A stretch of DNA of 64,000 nucleotides from Vulcanimicrobiota bacterium (GTDB lineage Bacteria > Vulcanimicrobiota > Xenobia > Xenobiales > JADMJV01). The notes beneath the pieces were generated by a model, which was not told the DNA's origin, searched no databases, and saw only the letters and a list, made by a program, of their open reading frames with translations. The stretch spans positions 2,436,891-2,500,890 of the forward strand of contig JBFWNU010000001.1 in the NCBI GenBank assembly GCA_050250895.1, written 5' to 3'. Positions 36,714 through 46,436 of the stretch are shown here, piece by piece; the first letter of the stretch is position 1, and every line of letters begins with the position of its first letter. The position numbers and the translations under genes were made by a program.

Positions 36714-39700
36714 TTGTCCGAGAAAAGGAGCCAGCTAGAGCTCCCCGGCAGTCCGCCGACGCTTATGCATTTCGAAGGGAGCTTTCGCTTGGCTACCGGT
36801 ATTCAGACCCGCATGCGGTCGGTCAACCGCCGCACGTCTACGGGTTTACGCCAGTCTATTCTCTCGGTTCTCGACACCAGGGCATCGTCCCACGACTTTG
36901 GAGATGCCTGCCTGCTGATGCTCGGAATCGGGCTTTTCGGAACCCTCTACAACCACCTTCCGCCCTTCGCCCACTTGCTGGGAGCCGGCCATTTCTTCCA
37001 GCTCTCGGGCGCCGACCGCTCGACCGTTCTGGTCGATCACCTGCACGATCCGGCCTCGATCAGCGGGCTCGAACGCGTCTTTAGCGAATTGACCGGACAT
37101 CCGGTTCAAGTAGCCAGCCAGGCCGGCCCCTTTTGGTGGCAGTTCCTGCTTTTGACTTTCAGTATCCTGATGGTCTATCGCGCTGGTGCCTGGCTGATGC
37201 GCCACCCCGCCAGTTGGGAGAATCCCCCGCCCCAGCTGGCGGCCCGGGTAGGCGCCGGCCTGCTGGCCCTGGGCGTGGGGACCCTGTTGACGCCCCAACT
37301 GGGTCTGCTCTGCTGGCTGCTGTTCGGCCTGGGCTGCCTGGCCCTCTTTGCCGATTTAGGATTAGGCTCCAAGACCCACAGCCGCCTCTTTGGTGGTCTG
37401 GCCTTATTACGGCTCAGCCTGTGGGGCGCCGTCTTCCAGGTGGGGTGGGACGGACCCCACTGGGTGACCCCAGCCGCCCTGACGGTGGGGGGGCTGATGT
37501 TGTGGCTGACGCGAGCCACGGGCCAGAGCCCCATTCACCGCTGGGTGCAGGTCGAACTGTACGGGCTGGTCTGGCTGTGGGTGGCTCAGGGACCTCACGA
37601 GGGACCTCTGCTGGTCTTCCTCAGTGGAGTTGCCTTTCTGGGCCTGTCAGCCCTGTTGCGTCGTCGTCGCCTGGGGGTGACCACGAAAGTGGGCTGCCTG
37701 TTGCGTTCCTTGAGCCGGATCGCCTCCCTGGTGGGTGTGGCCTGTCTGCCCGCGGCCGCCTGGGGATATCACCACGGACTCTTGCCGCATCCCCTGTGGG
37801 GGGCACTGCCGCTGCTCTTGTTGATGGTGTCCGGCAGCCCCTGGCGAGCCACCGGACTGCGCCAGCGAAAGGTTGCCCTGCCCGATTCCCTGACAGGCTC
37901 GCAGGCGGCGGCCGTTTGCCTGATGAGCTTGCCGCCCGAGGTTTCGGCGGACCTCTTTCGCAGGATGGGTCCCGAGTTGGTGTATCAGGTCACCATCGAG
38001 ATTTCGAAGCTACCGCAGATTTGCCCGCGGCTGCGCCATCAGGTCGTGGAGTGCGTCTTCGGTTGTGACGGCCTCGACGCTCTTGAGCGCCTGGCGACCA
38101 AACACCCTGATCTTGCCACCGATAGGCTGGTGGACCTGGTGACCGATTCGGGCAGGGTTGGCTCCCAGCCTGGTTTGGGTCCGGTCAAGCAGAAACACCT
38201 GCTGCTCGGCCTCGGCTTGGTGCTGGCCCTGATCGCTCAAGGTGGCTGGAACGAGCCGTCTTTCGGCGGGCCAGAAGCCCGGGCTATGGTAGGCTACCGG
38301 GCGCGCGTGCTGGCCAGCGACCACTACCTGGTGGTGACCGGTGTTGGGCTGACCAGTCAGCAGTGGGACGATCTCACCCGCACGCTGCCTCGCCAACCGG
38401 GTCAACTGTTGCTCAGCGTGCCGCTCGAGCAGGGAGCGGCCGAACAGGTGGGTTGGGCCGTGCTGATTCTGGGCTTGCTCTACACGCTCTGCCAGTGGTT
38501 TCATCCGCAGCCCGAGGTGGCTGGCAGCCGGGTGGCCGCCTGCTTGCTGGGTGGCTTTGGGCTCTGTGCCCTGACGGGGATCTTCTGGTTGCCGCCAGCG
38601 CCATTTTTGCTCGCAGGCCTGGCCGCGCTGGGGGTGGCCGCCACCACGCCCCAAGCCGTACCATCGGCACCCCCGGTTCGCTCTGTGCGGGTCACCTTGC
38701 TCAACGAACCCGCCCCTCCCGAGCCAGCTCCGCTTCCCGAGCCAAAGCCGGTCAAGGTCGCACGAGCAGCTGACCTCTTGCATGTCGACGAAGTGACGGT
38801 CGAGGTTGGCCGAGGCCTGCTGTCGCTGGTTGACCCCAAAGAAGGGGCCCGACTGCTCGAGCGCGTCCGGTCGATTCGGGCAACCCTGGCCCAGGAGTTG
38901 GGCATTGTCGTGCCCGGTGTGCGCTTCCGCGACGATCTGCTCTTGCCGGCCAAGAACATGCGCCTGTCATTGTTTGGTCAAGAAGTGGGCCAGATCCAGT
39001 TAGAGCTTGATCTCTTGTTGGCGATCTTACCGTTGCATGTGCCGGACCTCGAGGGACTGCCAACCACTGACCCTTTGTTCGGCCTCGACGCCCTGTGGAT
39101 CGAGCGAGATCGGCAGGGAATGGCCGAACGGTTGGGCGTTCCGACTCAGGACGCCGTTTCGGTGGCGGGCACCTATCTCATCGAGTCGATCCGGGCCAGA
39201 GCGGACCGACTGTTGACGCTGGATATGGTCGAGGCACTCCTTACCGAGCTGGCCAAGACCGACCCGGTGGTGGTCACCATGGCCAGGCTGCGCCTGGATG
39301 TGCTGGAGCTGCAGCAGATTTTGCGCGGGCTGCTAGCCGAGCGTGTCTCGATTCGACCGCTGGCCCTGATCCTCGACCAGCTATTGCAGATGCCCGAGGG
39401 GCTGCTGGTGGAAGCGGCCGTGGCTCGCCTGCGGGTGGCCCTGGCCAGCCAGATCACGGTCTCGCTGGCCGTGGCCGGCAAGCTGCGGCTGTTGGACCTG
39501 ACCGGTCTGGTGGTGGACGAGCAGCTGCTGGGACAGATCCGTGAACAGTTCCATCAGCTCGAGTTGCGGGGCTTGCTGGTCGATCCCGAGGATCGTCTGC
39601 GGGTCCGCCAGGCTCTGGGAGACATCCCGGTGCTGGCCAGCAATGAACTGGTGGCCTCGCTGGTGGAGATCGATCTGGTCAGCGCCGACCAGCTGGAGGG

Positions 39701-39719
39701 CTTCGAGCTAGAAGACTAG
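36714..39719 (+). CDS. Multi-TM protein with FliG-N-like domain and FlhA (FHIPEP) cytoplasmic domain; start uncertain
   Basis: LTGSQAAAVCLMSLPPEVSADLFR..EISKL; VEVGRGLLSLVD, RATLAQELGIVVPGVRFRD, GLLAERVSIR, IPVLASNEL. Confidence 0.75.
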   Translation: MSEKRSQLELPGSPPTLMHFEGSFRLATGIQTRMRSVNRRTSTGLRQSILSVLDTRASSHDFGDACLLMLGIGLFGTLYNHLPPFAHLLGAGHFFQLSGADRSTVLVDHLHDPASISGLERVFSELTGHPVQVASQAGPFWWQFLLLTFSILMVYRAGAWLMRHPASWENPPPQLAARVGAGLLALGVGTLLTPQLGLLCWLLFGLGCLALFADLGLGSKTHSRLFGGLALLRLSLWGAVFQVGWDGPHWVTPAALTVGGLMLWLTRATGQSPIHRWVQVELYGLVWLWVAQGPHEGPLLVFLSGVAFLGLSALLRRRRLGVTTKVGCLLRSLSRIASLVGVACLPAAAWGYHHGLLPHPLWGALPLLLLMVSGSPWRATGLRQRKVALPDSLTGSQAAAVCLMSLPPEVSADLFRRMGPELVYQVTIEISKLPQICPRLRHQVVECVFGCDGLDALERLATKHPDLATDRLVDLVTDSGRVGSQPGLGPVKQKHLLLGLGLVLALIAQGGWNEPSFGGPEARAMVGYRARVLASDHYLVVTGVGLTSQQWDDLTRTLPRQPGQLLLSVPLEQGAAEQVGWAVLILGLLYTLCQWFHPQPEVAGSRVAACLLGGFGLCALTGIFWLPPAPFLLAGLAALGVAATTPQAVPSAPPVRSVRVTLLNEPAPPEPAPLPEPKPVKVARAADLLHVDEVTVEVGRGLLSLVDPKEGARLLERVRSIRATLAQELGIVVPGVRFRDDLLLPAKNMRLSLFGQEVGQIQLELDLLLAILPLHVPDLEGLPTTDPLFGLDALWIERDRQGMAERLGVPTQDAVSVAGTYLIESIRARADRLLTLDMVEALLTELAKTDPVVVTMARLRLDVLELQQILRGLLAERVSIRPLALILDQLLQMPEGLLVEAAVARLRVALASQITVSLAVAGKLRLLDLTGLVVDEQLLGQIREQFHQLELRGLLVDPEDRLRVRQALGDIPVLASNELVASLVEIDLVSADQLEGFELED

Positions 39720-39726
39720 CGCCCGA

Positions 39727-39763
39727 CGGGCTGACCCGCGTCGCAACGTTCGCGGGTCAGCCT
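39727..39763 (+). terminator. Hairpin after the FliG/FlhA chimera
   Basis: GGCTGACCCGCG/CGCGGGTCAGCC stem; no U-tract. Confidence 0.45.
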
Positions 39764-39911
39764 GCCGCTAGCGGCCGGCTCGTCAAGCTAGCCCTGGCCA
39801 CTGGCGAACCAAACTGACGGCGATCATACCCTCGTCGGGAGACAGTCGGTAGACTTCTGACATGGCCCAAATCCGGGCGACAAAAGCTGGAAGACCCCGG
39901 AGGGAAGCTTC

Positions 39912-40166
39912 GTGGTGACCGGGTTTGACACCGACCTGAGCCTGGCCGGAACGACCTTCGCGGGCGTGCTGGTGGTGCGCCAGAGGCACCCCGAGCTGGA
40001 CCTGGACCGGCTCATCCATATCGCGCCGGGCTATGGCGAGGTACTGATCAAAGACACCAAAGGCGGGTTCGAGTGGAAGCGCTTCACGGGCCTGAGCCCG
40101 GCCGACCCTCAACAGGTGGCCGAACTGGCCAGACTCCATGCGGTGAACCTGGAAAGAATCCGCTAA
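39912..40166 (+). CDS. Small hypothetical protein, possibly a gene remnant
   Basis: Frame extends upstream to an in-frame TGA at 39858. Confidence 0.35.
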   Translation: MVTGFDTDLSLAGTTFAGVLVVRQRHPELDLDRLIHIAPGYGEVLIKDTKGGFEWKRFTGLSPADPQQVAELARLHAVNLERIR

Positions 40167-40594
40167 TCCTGGATACTGGCCCTCACCTCGACAGCCAACG
40201 AGGTGGCCCCTTCTTTGTCTTCGTCCTGCATTTTGGCCGCCTCGCCGGGGGCGGTCACGAACTTCATCTGGCGCCGGATGGTTTTGCCTTCGGCCTCGGC
40301 CACGACCTCGACCTTGAGCTCGATGCGGACCGGTTCGCCGGCCTTCTCGATGCGCGTGGGCAGCACCTTGACCGCCAGACTGCTACCGTCTTCGTCGTCG
40401 ACGATCTTCACCTCGGCCTCTTTGCCGTTGCCCACGGCCACCTTGGGGTGGGCCCTCATGGCGCGCTTGCCCAGCACGGCCTCGATCTTGAAATCGAGGA
40501 TGATGCTTCCCGGCGGAGCCTTGGCCACCACCGGTTCGGCACTGGCGCCGGCCACCAGAGCCAGAAAAGTACACAACAAAGCTAGAGTTCGCAT
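40163..40594 (-). CDS. Exported protein in the ECF operon
   Basis: Signal peptide ending ASA; internally duplicated beta motif. Confidence 0.7.
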   Translation of the reverse strand: MRTLALLCTFLALVAGASAEPVVAKAPPGSIILDFKIEAVLGKRAMRAHPKVAVGNGKEAEVKIVDDEDGSSLAVKVLPTRIEKAGEPVRIELKVEVVAEAEGKTIRRQMKFVTAPGEAAKMQDEDKEGATSLAVEVRASIQD

Positions 40595-40609
40595 AACACG
40601 GATTCCTTT

Positions 40610-41008
40610 CTATTCCAACGAGAAGCTGGCTTCGACGTCTTCGAGGCCGATGCTCAGCAACTCGACTTCGCCGCGGGTCGAGATGGTATAGCTCGCTCCG
40701 TCGGCTTTGATGGCATAAGTCTTGGTGGCCGGAGCACGGGCTGGCCAGCCACCCAGCAGAGCGGCGCCAATCAGGGCGGCGGCTGCCACCGTCTTCCACG
40801 GTCGGGGCGAGGGTCCCGTCGCAAAGTGCCGGGTCGGCAACGGCTCGACCTCTGGCAACTGCAGGGCCTGTTCGAGCGCTCCCAGGCTGCCCAGATAGCG
40901 GCGGCAAGTCAGGCAAGAGCCCAGATGTCCGCGCACCTCTTCGGCCTGCTCGCTCGCCAGCTGGCCATCGTGATAAAGGCTGACCCTGTGGCTATGCTCG
41001 CAGCTCAT
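40610..41008 (-). CDS. Zinc-finger (zf-HC2) anti-sigma factor
   Basis: YHDGQL...HLGSCLTC plus TM helix. Confidence 0.85.
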   Translation of the reverse strand: MSCEHSHRVSLYHDGQLASEQAEEVRGHLGSCLTCRRYLGSLGALEQALQLPEVEPLPTRHFATGPSPRPWKTVAAAALIGAALLGGWPARAPATKTYAIKADGASYTISTRGEVELLSIGLEDVEASFSLE

Positions 41009-41487
41009 GTTTGTTCCTCCAAGAGCCGGCAGGCCCGCTGGCGGGCCCGATGCAGCATGACCCCGATGCTGTTGGGAGTGGTCGAAAAGATGGCGGCCAG
41101 CTGTTGGTAGTCAAGGCCGGCGTACTCCTTGAGCAAAAGCAAGGCTCGCTCGCGCGGCGGCAAAGCCTTCAGCACCCGAAAGCCGGTCTCACGCTCGACC
41201 AGCTCGTCGTCGAAGGTGGTTACCAGCGGACGGCCGCATAACTTTTCCCACATCTTGCGCCAGCCGCCGGCCCGGCGCAGATGGTCGATACAGGCGTTGC
41301 GGGCCACTCCGAAGAGCCAGGCCACGTCCACCGGGCCAGTCCTCTGGATGGCCCGCACAAAGACCTCTTGAGCCAGGTCCTGAGCGGCTTCGCGCTGGCC
41401 GACCATGCGAAAACAGAAGTTCTCCAGCTTGGCACGGTGGCTGGCGAAAAGCTCCTCGACAGGCGTGATCGTCGGTTGGGGCATCAT
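41005..41487 (-). CDS. ECF RNA polymerase sigma factor
   Basis: AQDLAQEVF, WLFGVARNACIDHLR, LPPRER, LHRAR. Confidence 0.9.
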   Translation of the reverse strand: MMPQPTITPVEELFASHRAKLENFCFRMVGQREAAQDLAQEVFVRAIQRTGPVDVAWLFGVARNACIDHLRRAGGWRKMWEKLCGRPLVTTFDDELVERETGFRVLKALPPRERALLLLKEYAGLDYQQLAAIFSTTPNSIGVMLHRARQRACRLLEEQT

Positions 41488-41494
41488 CGTCTGT

Positions 41495-41525
41495 ATAAAC
41501 GAACGAGCCGGCCGCCATCTTAACA
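41495..41525 (-). promoter_or_regulatory. Putative ECF autoregulatory promoter
   Basis: TGTTAAG...CGTTT just upstream of the sigma start. Confidence 0.4.
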
Positions 41526-41539
41526 GCCGGTGAAATTTC

Positions 41540-42079
41540 TCAGAAAGGATCTTTAGCGCGATACTGTTCGAGGGTCTCGAGCTGCTCGGCCCGAGTTCTC
41601 ACCCCCAGAGCCTTCCTGAGCTGGTCGGGCACGAGTTCTTCCTGCAGGGGCTCTTGAGTCCACTTGCCCTCCAGCTTGCGGTACTGGGTGCCCAGCACCT
41701 GGGGCTGCCCCACCGCCTGGAGATAGCGGTCCAGGGTGGCGGCCGCAATCCAGCTGGCTTTTTGGTCTCCCAGGGCCATGGCATTCATGGCCAGGATATG
41801 GGCCAGCAGAAAGTCCTCGGGCTGGCTGCCGTGTTGAAAGATGAAGGCGGCCCGATGAAAGTCCGCAGCGTGCTTTAGCTCGCCGGCCAACAGCAACTCG
41901 CGGACCCGCTGGCGTCGAGCCTCGTCTTCTGGCGAGACCTTCTCCCAGTCAATGGGGCCGTTCAGGCGGGCCGCCTGGTCCTGACGATACATCTCAGCCA
42001 TCTCCGGGTTTTCTTGGGCGGCCGCTCCGGCCGAAAGAGTCAGTAGCAACACCAAAAAAAAGCTGGGCAACCTGGACAT
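41540..42079 (-). CDS. Exported hypothetical protein (DUF6624-like)
   Basis: Signal peptide; DQAAR, FIFQHG, DRYL...GQPQVLGTQY. Confidence 0.7.
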   Translation of the reverse strand: MSRLPSFFLVLLLTLSAGAAAQENPEMAEMYRQDQAARLNGPIDWEKVSPEDEARRQRVRELLLAGELKHAADFHRAAFIFQHGSQPEDFLLAHILAMNAMALGDQKASWIAAATLDRYLQAVGQPQVLGTQYRKLEGKWTQEPLQEELVPDQLRKALGVRTRAEQLETLEQYRAKDPF

Positions 42080-42286
42080 CTCAACCTCCGATCGGCTGGC
42101 CGTTCAACTACCGGCGACACGGCTCCTGGCAGCCTCGGCTGGGCCGATTTGTGTTGCCCAGGTGTAAACCGCGTTACGATTCTGTAAACTCTTGTTGCTA
42201 TTGGTCAGATTCTTGATGCCGGTCAAATTTGGCCTCCCGGCGACCCCTTATGATCGAGTCAAATCCCACGCCAAGGAGTTCCCCAA

Positions 42287-43348
42287 ATGCACATCCACAG
42301 TTATAACGCTCAGATGCAACTCGGCTACCAGGGCGCTTTCAACGCCCAGATGAACCCGCTGATGGGACTCATCCAACTGTTTGAGGGGCTAGTGATGAGC
42401 AACTTGCTCGGTCAACTCAGCTCGGGGCAATGCGGTCCTGGAGGAGGCTACATGGGCCCTGAGGCTAACTTCGGCGGCCACGGCTGCCCGCACCAGCATC
42501 GCGGAATGGGCCACGCTGCGGGCGACTTTTTGGGTGGACACTGCCATCCGCCGACGGGCCACCCTCATTGCGGCCCCGGCCACGCTGGGCAGGGTCATCA
42601 CGGTGCCGAGGTCAAGCGCAGCGAGGGAAATCCCGACAAGTGGTACTTCGAGCACGGCAAATACAAGAAAGAAAAGACCGAGTTTGGCGAGGTCATGACC
42701 GGCAACGACGGCAAGACTCGCATCGAATACAACAAAGAGAAGAAGACCGGCTACGTCTATGGCCAGGTCGAGGGCCAATGGCAACTCCAAGAGATTCGCC
42801 AGAATTGGGAAGGCAAGGCGGCCAGCCCCATCATGCTGGATATGGACGGCAACAACCGCCCCGACGTCAAAGACGGAGAGTGGAAGCCCCACGCGGGCAA
42901 AGGCGACACCGGAGCCCCGAAGGTTCGCTTCGACCTCGATGGCGACGGTCGCAAGGAGTTGACCGAGTGGACGGGCGGCAAAGACGGCCTACTGCTCAAG
43001 CTCAGCGACGAGCAATACAAGAACTATCAGCAGAACGGCCAGCTCGAGGTTTCAGGCAAGGAACTCTATGGTGACCAGGGCGGCAAGTATAAGGACGGCT
43101 ACGAGAAGATGCAGAAACTCTCGGACGCCAACCATGACGGGGTGCTGGCGGGCCAGGAACTCGACAACCACTACGTCTGGCAAGACGGCGACCGCGACGG
43201 CGTGGTCGACAAAGGCGAGATGAAAACCACCCAGGAGGCTGGCATTACCAAGGTCAACGCCACCCACAACGGCGACTATCAATCGACCTTCGAGATGAAC
43301 GGCGAACAACGCCAGAGCTGGGATTGGTGGCCCACCACCTGGACCTGA
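42287..43348 (+). CDS. Calcium-binding (DxDxDG, hemolysin-associated-like) protein with Gly/His-rich N-terminus
   Basis: SPIMLDMDGN, FDLDGDG, DGLL, ELYGD, DANHDG, DGDRDGVVDKGE; AAGGAG RBS. Confidence 0.75.
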   Translation: MHIHSYNAQMQLGYQGAFNAQMNPLMGLIQLFEGLVMSNLLGQLSSGQCGPGGGYMGPEANFGGHGCPHQHRGMGHAAGDFLGGHCHPPTGHPHCGPGHAGQGHHGAEVKRSEGNPDKWYFEHGKYKKEKTEFGEVMTGNDGKTRIEYNKEKKTGYVYGQVEGQWQLQEIRQNWEGKAASPIMLDMDGNNRPDVKDGEWKPHAGKGDTGAPKVRFDLDGDGRKELTEWTGGKDGLLLKLSDEQYKNYQQNGQLEVSGKELYGDQGGKYKDGYEKMQKLSDANHDGVLAGQELDNHYVWQDGDRDGVVDKGEMKTTQEAGITKVNATHNGDYQSTFEMNGEQRQSWDWWPTTWT

Positions 43349-43350
43349 GC

Positions 43351-44052
43351 CTAGTGGTCTTGAAACCGCTTCAGGAGCGCCTGCAACCGTCGTTGTCGGC
43401 GCTCTTTGACCATGGTGTAATTGGGCGCCTCGACCAGCAGGGCATAGAACGAGCCGTGGCCGGTCCAGCCTACCCGCCAGCCCAGGAAGTGATCACCCTC
43501 GGGGCCTGAGCCGGTCTTGCCCTCCATCTCGGTAACCAGGCGGCGAACGGTCTTCTGGGCCTGGCCCTGGGCCGGCAAATGGCCGAAGTAGAGCCGCTTG
43601 AGAAACCTCACCTGCTGGCGCGGACTGATTCTCAGGCTGCCGTCGAGCCAGAAGGTGGTCTGGCCGCTGGAGATGTCCTGATTGCCATAGTCAAATCGGT
43701 TGAGATAGTCCTTCATTCGGGTGGGTCCCACCCGCAAGGCCACCGCCTGGTAAAAGGGCAGAGCCGAGATGCGCAGGGCGCTCTCGAGGGTGTGGGGCTC
43801 GAGCCAGTCGTCGGGCCAGTAGTCGGCCCGGGGGATGGCCACGGGGTCCCATTCGATCACTTCGCTGGTCGAAGCGACGGCCCCGCAGTCGAGGGCGATC
43901 ACGCTATGGGGAACCTTGAACGTCGAAAAGGGCGAGCGCGGCTTGTCGACGGCCCCCAGAGCCACGACGGCCCCGTCGGGCTTTTCCAGGAAGAAAGCCT
44001 CCTGCCCCCAGGCCAGCCCGGAGAGCAGCAGCAGCACGAGCCAGGTTCTCAA
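43351..44052 (-). CDS. Class D beta-lactamase-like penicillin-binding protein
   Basis: STFK, YGN, FWLDGSLRIS, KTG; SxV motif appears as SAL. Confidence 0.8.
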   Translation of the reverse strand: MRTWLVLLLLSGLAWGQEAFFLEKPDGAVVALGAVDKPRSPFSTFKVPHSVIALDCGAVASTSEVIEWDPVAIPRADYWPDDWLEPHTLESALRISALPFYQAVALRVGPTRMKDYLNRFDYGNQDISSGQTTFWLDGSLRISPRQQVRFLKRLYFGHLPAQGQAQKTVRRLVTEMEGKTGSGPEGDHFLGWRVGWTGHGSFYALLVEAPNYTMVKERRQRRLQALLKRFQDH

Positions 44053-44528
44053 TACCCCTCGCGCAGACCGTCCCGCGAGTTGTACTGAGGAAAGCCGCTG
44101 GGAAGCGAGGTGGAGCGATGGTTGAGTCCCGAGCAATAGACGGTGTAGTGGTCGGGGTCGGCCTGCACGACGTAGGAGTGGGAATAGGTGTCGACCCCGG
44201 CGCCCGGGCAGGTCGGAATCGTGCGCAGATAGTTCGGGGTGATCAGATTGAGGGTGCGGGGATAGCGTCCGTGATTATCGGTGGAATACATCTCGAGGCC
44301 GGTGCCGATGTTCTTGAGGTTGCCTTTGCAGGCCGTCAGCTGGCCTCGCGCCCGCGCCCTGATGAAGTTGGGCACCAGGATAGCAGCCAGCCCGAACCCG
44401 ATGACGGCCACGATGATGAGCGAGGCGGGGTTGCGCTTGCGCAGTTTGGCCACCGATTGGCTGCCGCATTGGGGGCAGCTCTCGAAGTCGTCAAAGACGT
44501 GATTGCAGATCTGGCACTGTAGGGGCAT
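44049..44528 (-). CDS. Pilin/GspG-like protein with N-terminal zinc ribbon
   Basis: CQIC..CPQC, TM helix, ILVPNFIRARARGQLTACKGNLKNIGTGLEMY. Confidence 0.75.
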   Translation of the reverse strand: MPLQCQICNHVFDDFESCPQCGSQSVAKLRKRNPASLIIVAVIGFGLAAILVPNFIRARARGQLTACKGNLKNIGTGLEMYSTDNHGRYPRTLNLITPNYLRTIPTCPGAGVDTYSHSYVVQADPDHYTVYCSGLNHRSTSLPSGFPQYNSRDGLREGY

Positions 44529-44536
44529 CGGTGGTT

Positions 44537-44794
44537 CTAGTCCTCTCCTCGCGGGATCTCCTGCTGATGGTCTGGGCAGCGAACCAGCTTCGGGGTGACC
44601 AGCAGGCGGCCGCCGGTGACCGGACATCGGTGGGTTCGCGGGTCGGCCATCGCCTCACGGCAGGCGCGAAACTCGGCCTCCATCTCGCCGTGGGCCAGAA
44701 CGACTCCGTAGTAGCTAAATAGCAGCAAGAAGCAGGTGAAGAGGATCAATTCGAGCCAATTGGTGATGCCGACCAGACGGAGCAGCCGGGTCAA
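44537..44794 (-). CDS. Small TM protein with Cys motifs, possibly a degenerate pilin-like paralog
   Basis: TM helix then AC...CPVTGG...VRCPDH. Confidence 0.45.
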   Translation of the reverse strand: MTRLLRLVGITNWLELILFTCFLLLFSYYGVVLAHGEMEAEFRACREAMADPRTHRCPVTGGRLLVTPKLVRCPDHQQEIPRGED

Positions 44795-44853
44795 GACAAA
44801 CTGAGGCGGAATCGCCTCGGAACGGGGTCCGCGGTAGGAGCCGAGCGGACCGC

Positions 44854-45489
44854 TCACGACCTGCGCCTCACCAGCAGCCACTCGGCCAGAGCCAGGGTGA
44901 TGAGCCAGGCGCCCCAGGCGGTCCAGGGATAGATCACCTCGAAGGGCAACTCGAGGTATTCTAGCCAGTAAAGGGCGATGCGGATGTTGACGGCCGAAAA
45001 CGTCAGGGCGTAGGAGCGGATGGCCCAGGCCCGATGCTCGCGAAAGCGGCGCTTGACGATGGTGTAGCAGGCCAGAGTCGAGGTCACCAGCCAGCCCAGG
45101 GCCAGAGCCACGAAGCCAGCCTGGGCCACCGGGCCGCCATAGGCCCACATTCCCATCGCCAGGCCGCTGAGACCTCCCACAAAGAGACAGACGAAGTAGG
45201 CCCAGCCCAGCATCCGGTGGGCCCTCTGAGGCAGCCACGAGACGAACTGGAACGGTCCCAGCACCAGAGCCAGCACCGAGGCTACTCCGTGGGTCCAGAC
45301 CGTGCCCAGATGGGCCAGATACTTGGCCCGGAAGGTGAAGTCATAGAACTCGACCGGGCCGGTCACGTACTCGAAGGCTCCCCAACCGCTGTAAATGGCG
45401 GCATAGGTGAGAAAGACCCAGGCCCAGACGCGGGCAACCGTGCGCAGCGACATGTGGCTATCTACGCCCCGTGGGCCCGAGCGGTTCAT
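44854..45489 (-). CDS. DUF2306 membrane protein
   Basis: LGPFQF, HRMLG, HRAWAIRSYALTF. Confidence 0.85.
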   Translation of the reverse strand: MNRSGPRGVDSHMSLRTVARVWAWVFLTYAAIYSGWGAFEYVTGPVEFYDFTFRAKYLAHLGTVWTHGVASVLALVLGPFQFVSWLPQRAHRMLGWAYFVCLFVGGLSGLAMGMWAYGGPVAQAGFVALALGWLVTSTLACYTIVKRRFREHRAWAIRSYALTFSAVNIRIALYWLEYLELPFEVIYPWTAWGAWLITLALAEWLLVRRRS

Positions 45490-46343
45490 TGCAGCAACTG
45501 CTCGACCAGCTCATAGTAGGCATCGCCAGCCACCATCGGGGCCTGAAGGTGGTCCGCTTGCTCGACCATCACCAGGCGGGTGCCAGTTGGACAACGAGTC
45601 TTTAGTAGCGCCAGGTCGTCGGGGGTGGTCCGGTAGTCGAGCGAGCCGCCCACCAGAATGACGCGGCCGCGCAAATGGTCGACCGCGTCGATGGGTGCGA
45701 TGCGGGCCGGCAGCCACATGCGGCTGGCAAGCTCGAGGCCGGCAAAGGCTACCAGGTCCAGAATCGGCGGAAGACGGTGGGAAAGGCGGTTCCAGCAGGC
45801 TTTGTCGAGGGTGGTAAAAGGGGACTCGAGCAGGTAGCCGGCTACCGAATCCCCCAGGTCTGGCGAGGCGAAGATGGCCGTGGCCGCTCCCAGCGATCGC
45901 CCCAGCACGACCACGGGGCGCCCGGGTGCCAGCTGCTCGACGGCCTGGCGGGCGGCCACCGCATCCCGGCTGGCCGAGACTCCGAAGTCGTTGAGGTTGG
46001 CCTGGCTGTCGCCGTGGGCGCGCAGGCTGGGCATCATCACTCCGTATCCGCGTCGCAGCAGAGGTTCGACGAACCCCTGGCTGGTGGAGCGAGAGCCTCC
46101 ATTGGGATGCAGCACCAGGACAACCGGCTGGCCAGACTGACCGGGCCACCATCCGCACCCGGTGCGCACCCCGTCGTTGGCCTGCAGCCGCAGTTCTTGC
46201 CAGCCCGGCGGCAGCCGCTCGGACACGGGCCCTGAGCGGTGACTGAGGCGATAACTGGCCAGAACGGAGACTCCCAGCCAGAGGATGAAAATCGCGAGGA
46301 AAATGCGCCCTGGCGGAAACAACTTGGCAACACGATTTAACAC
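45486..46343 (-). CDS. Alpha/beta hydrolase
   Basis: LRAHGDS, GRSLG, ESPF, D..H. Confidence 0.85.
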   Translation of the reverse strand: MLNRVAKLFPPGRIFLAIFILWLGVSVLASYRLSHRSGPVSERLPPGWQELRLQANDGVRTGCGWWPGQSGQPVVLVLHPNGGSRSTSQGFVEPLLRRGYGVMMPSLRAHGDSQANLNDFGVSASRDAVAARQAVEQLAPGRPVVVLGRSLGAATAIFASPDLGDSVAGYLLESPFTTLDKACWNRLSHRLPPILDLVAFAGLELASRMWLPARIAPIDAVDHLRGRVILVGGSLDYRTTPDDLALLKTRCPTGTRLVMVEQADHLQAPMVAGDAYYELVEQLLQ

Positions 46344-46436
46344 GGTTGAAACAATGTTAACAGAGACTGGTCCGTTCCCCTGCTCCTCGCCGGGCCCGGG
46401 ACCGCCTAAGATGTGGCTACAAATCGGTGAGGAGTA

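Noticed and set aside
39795-39911. In-frame TGA at 39858 as selenocysteine or recoding
   Set aside because: No clear upstream start, SECIS or redox motif; more likely a remnant
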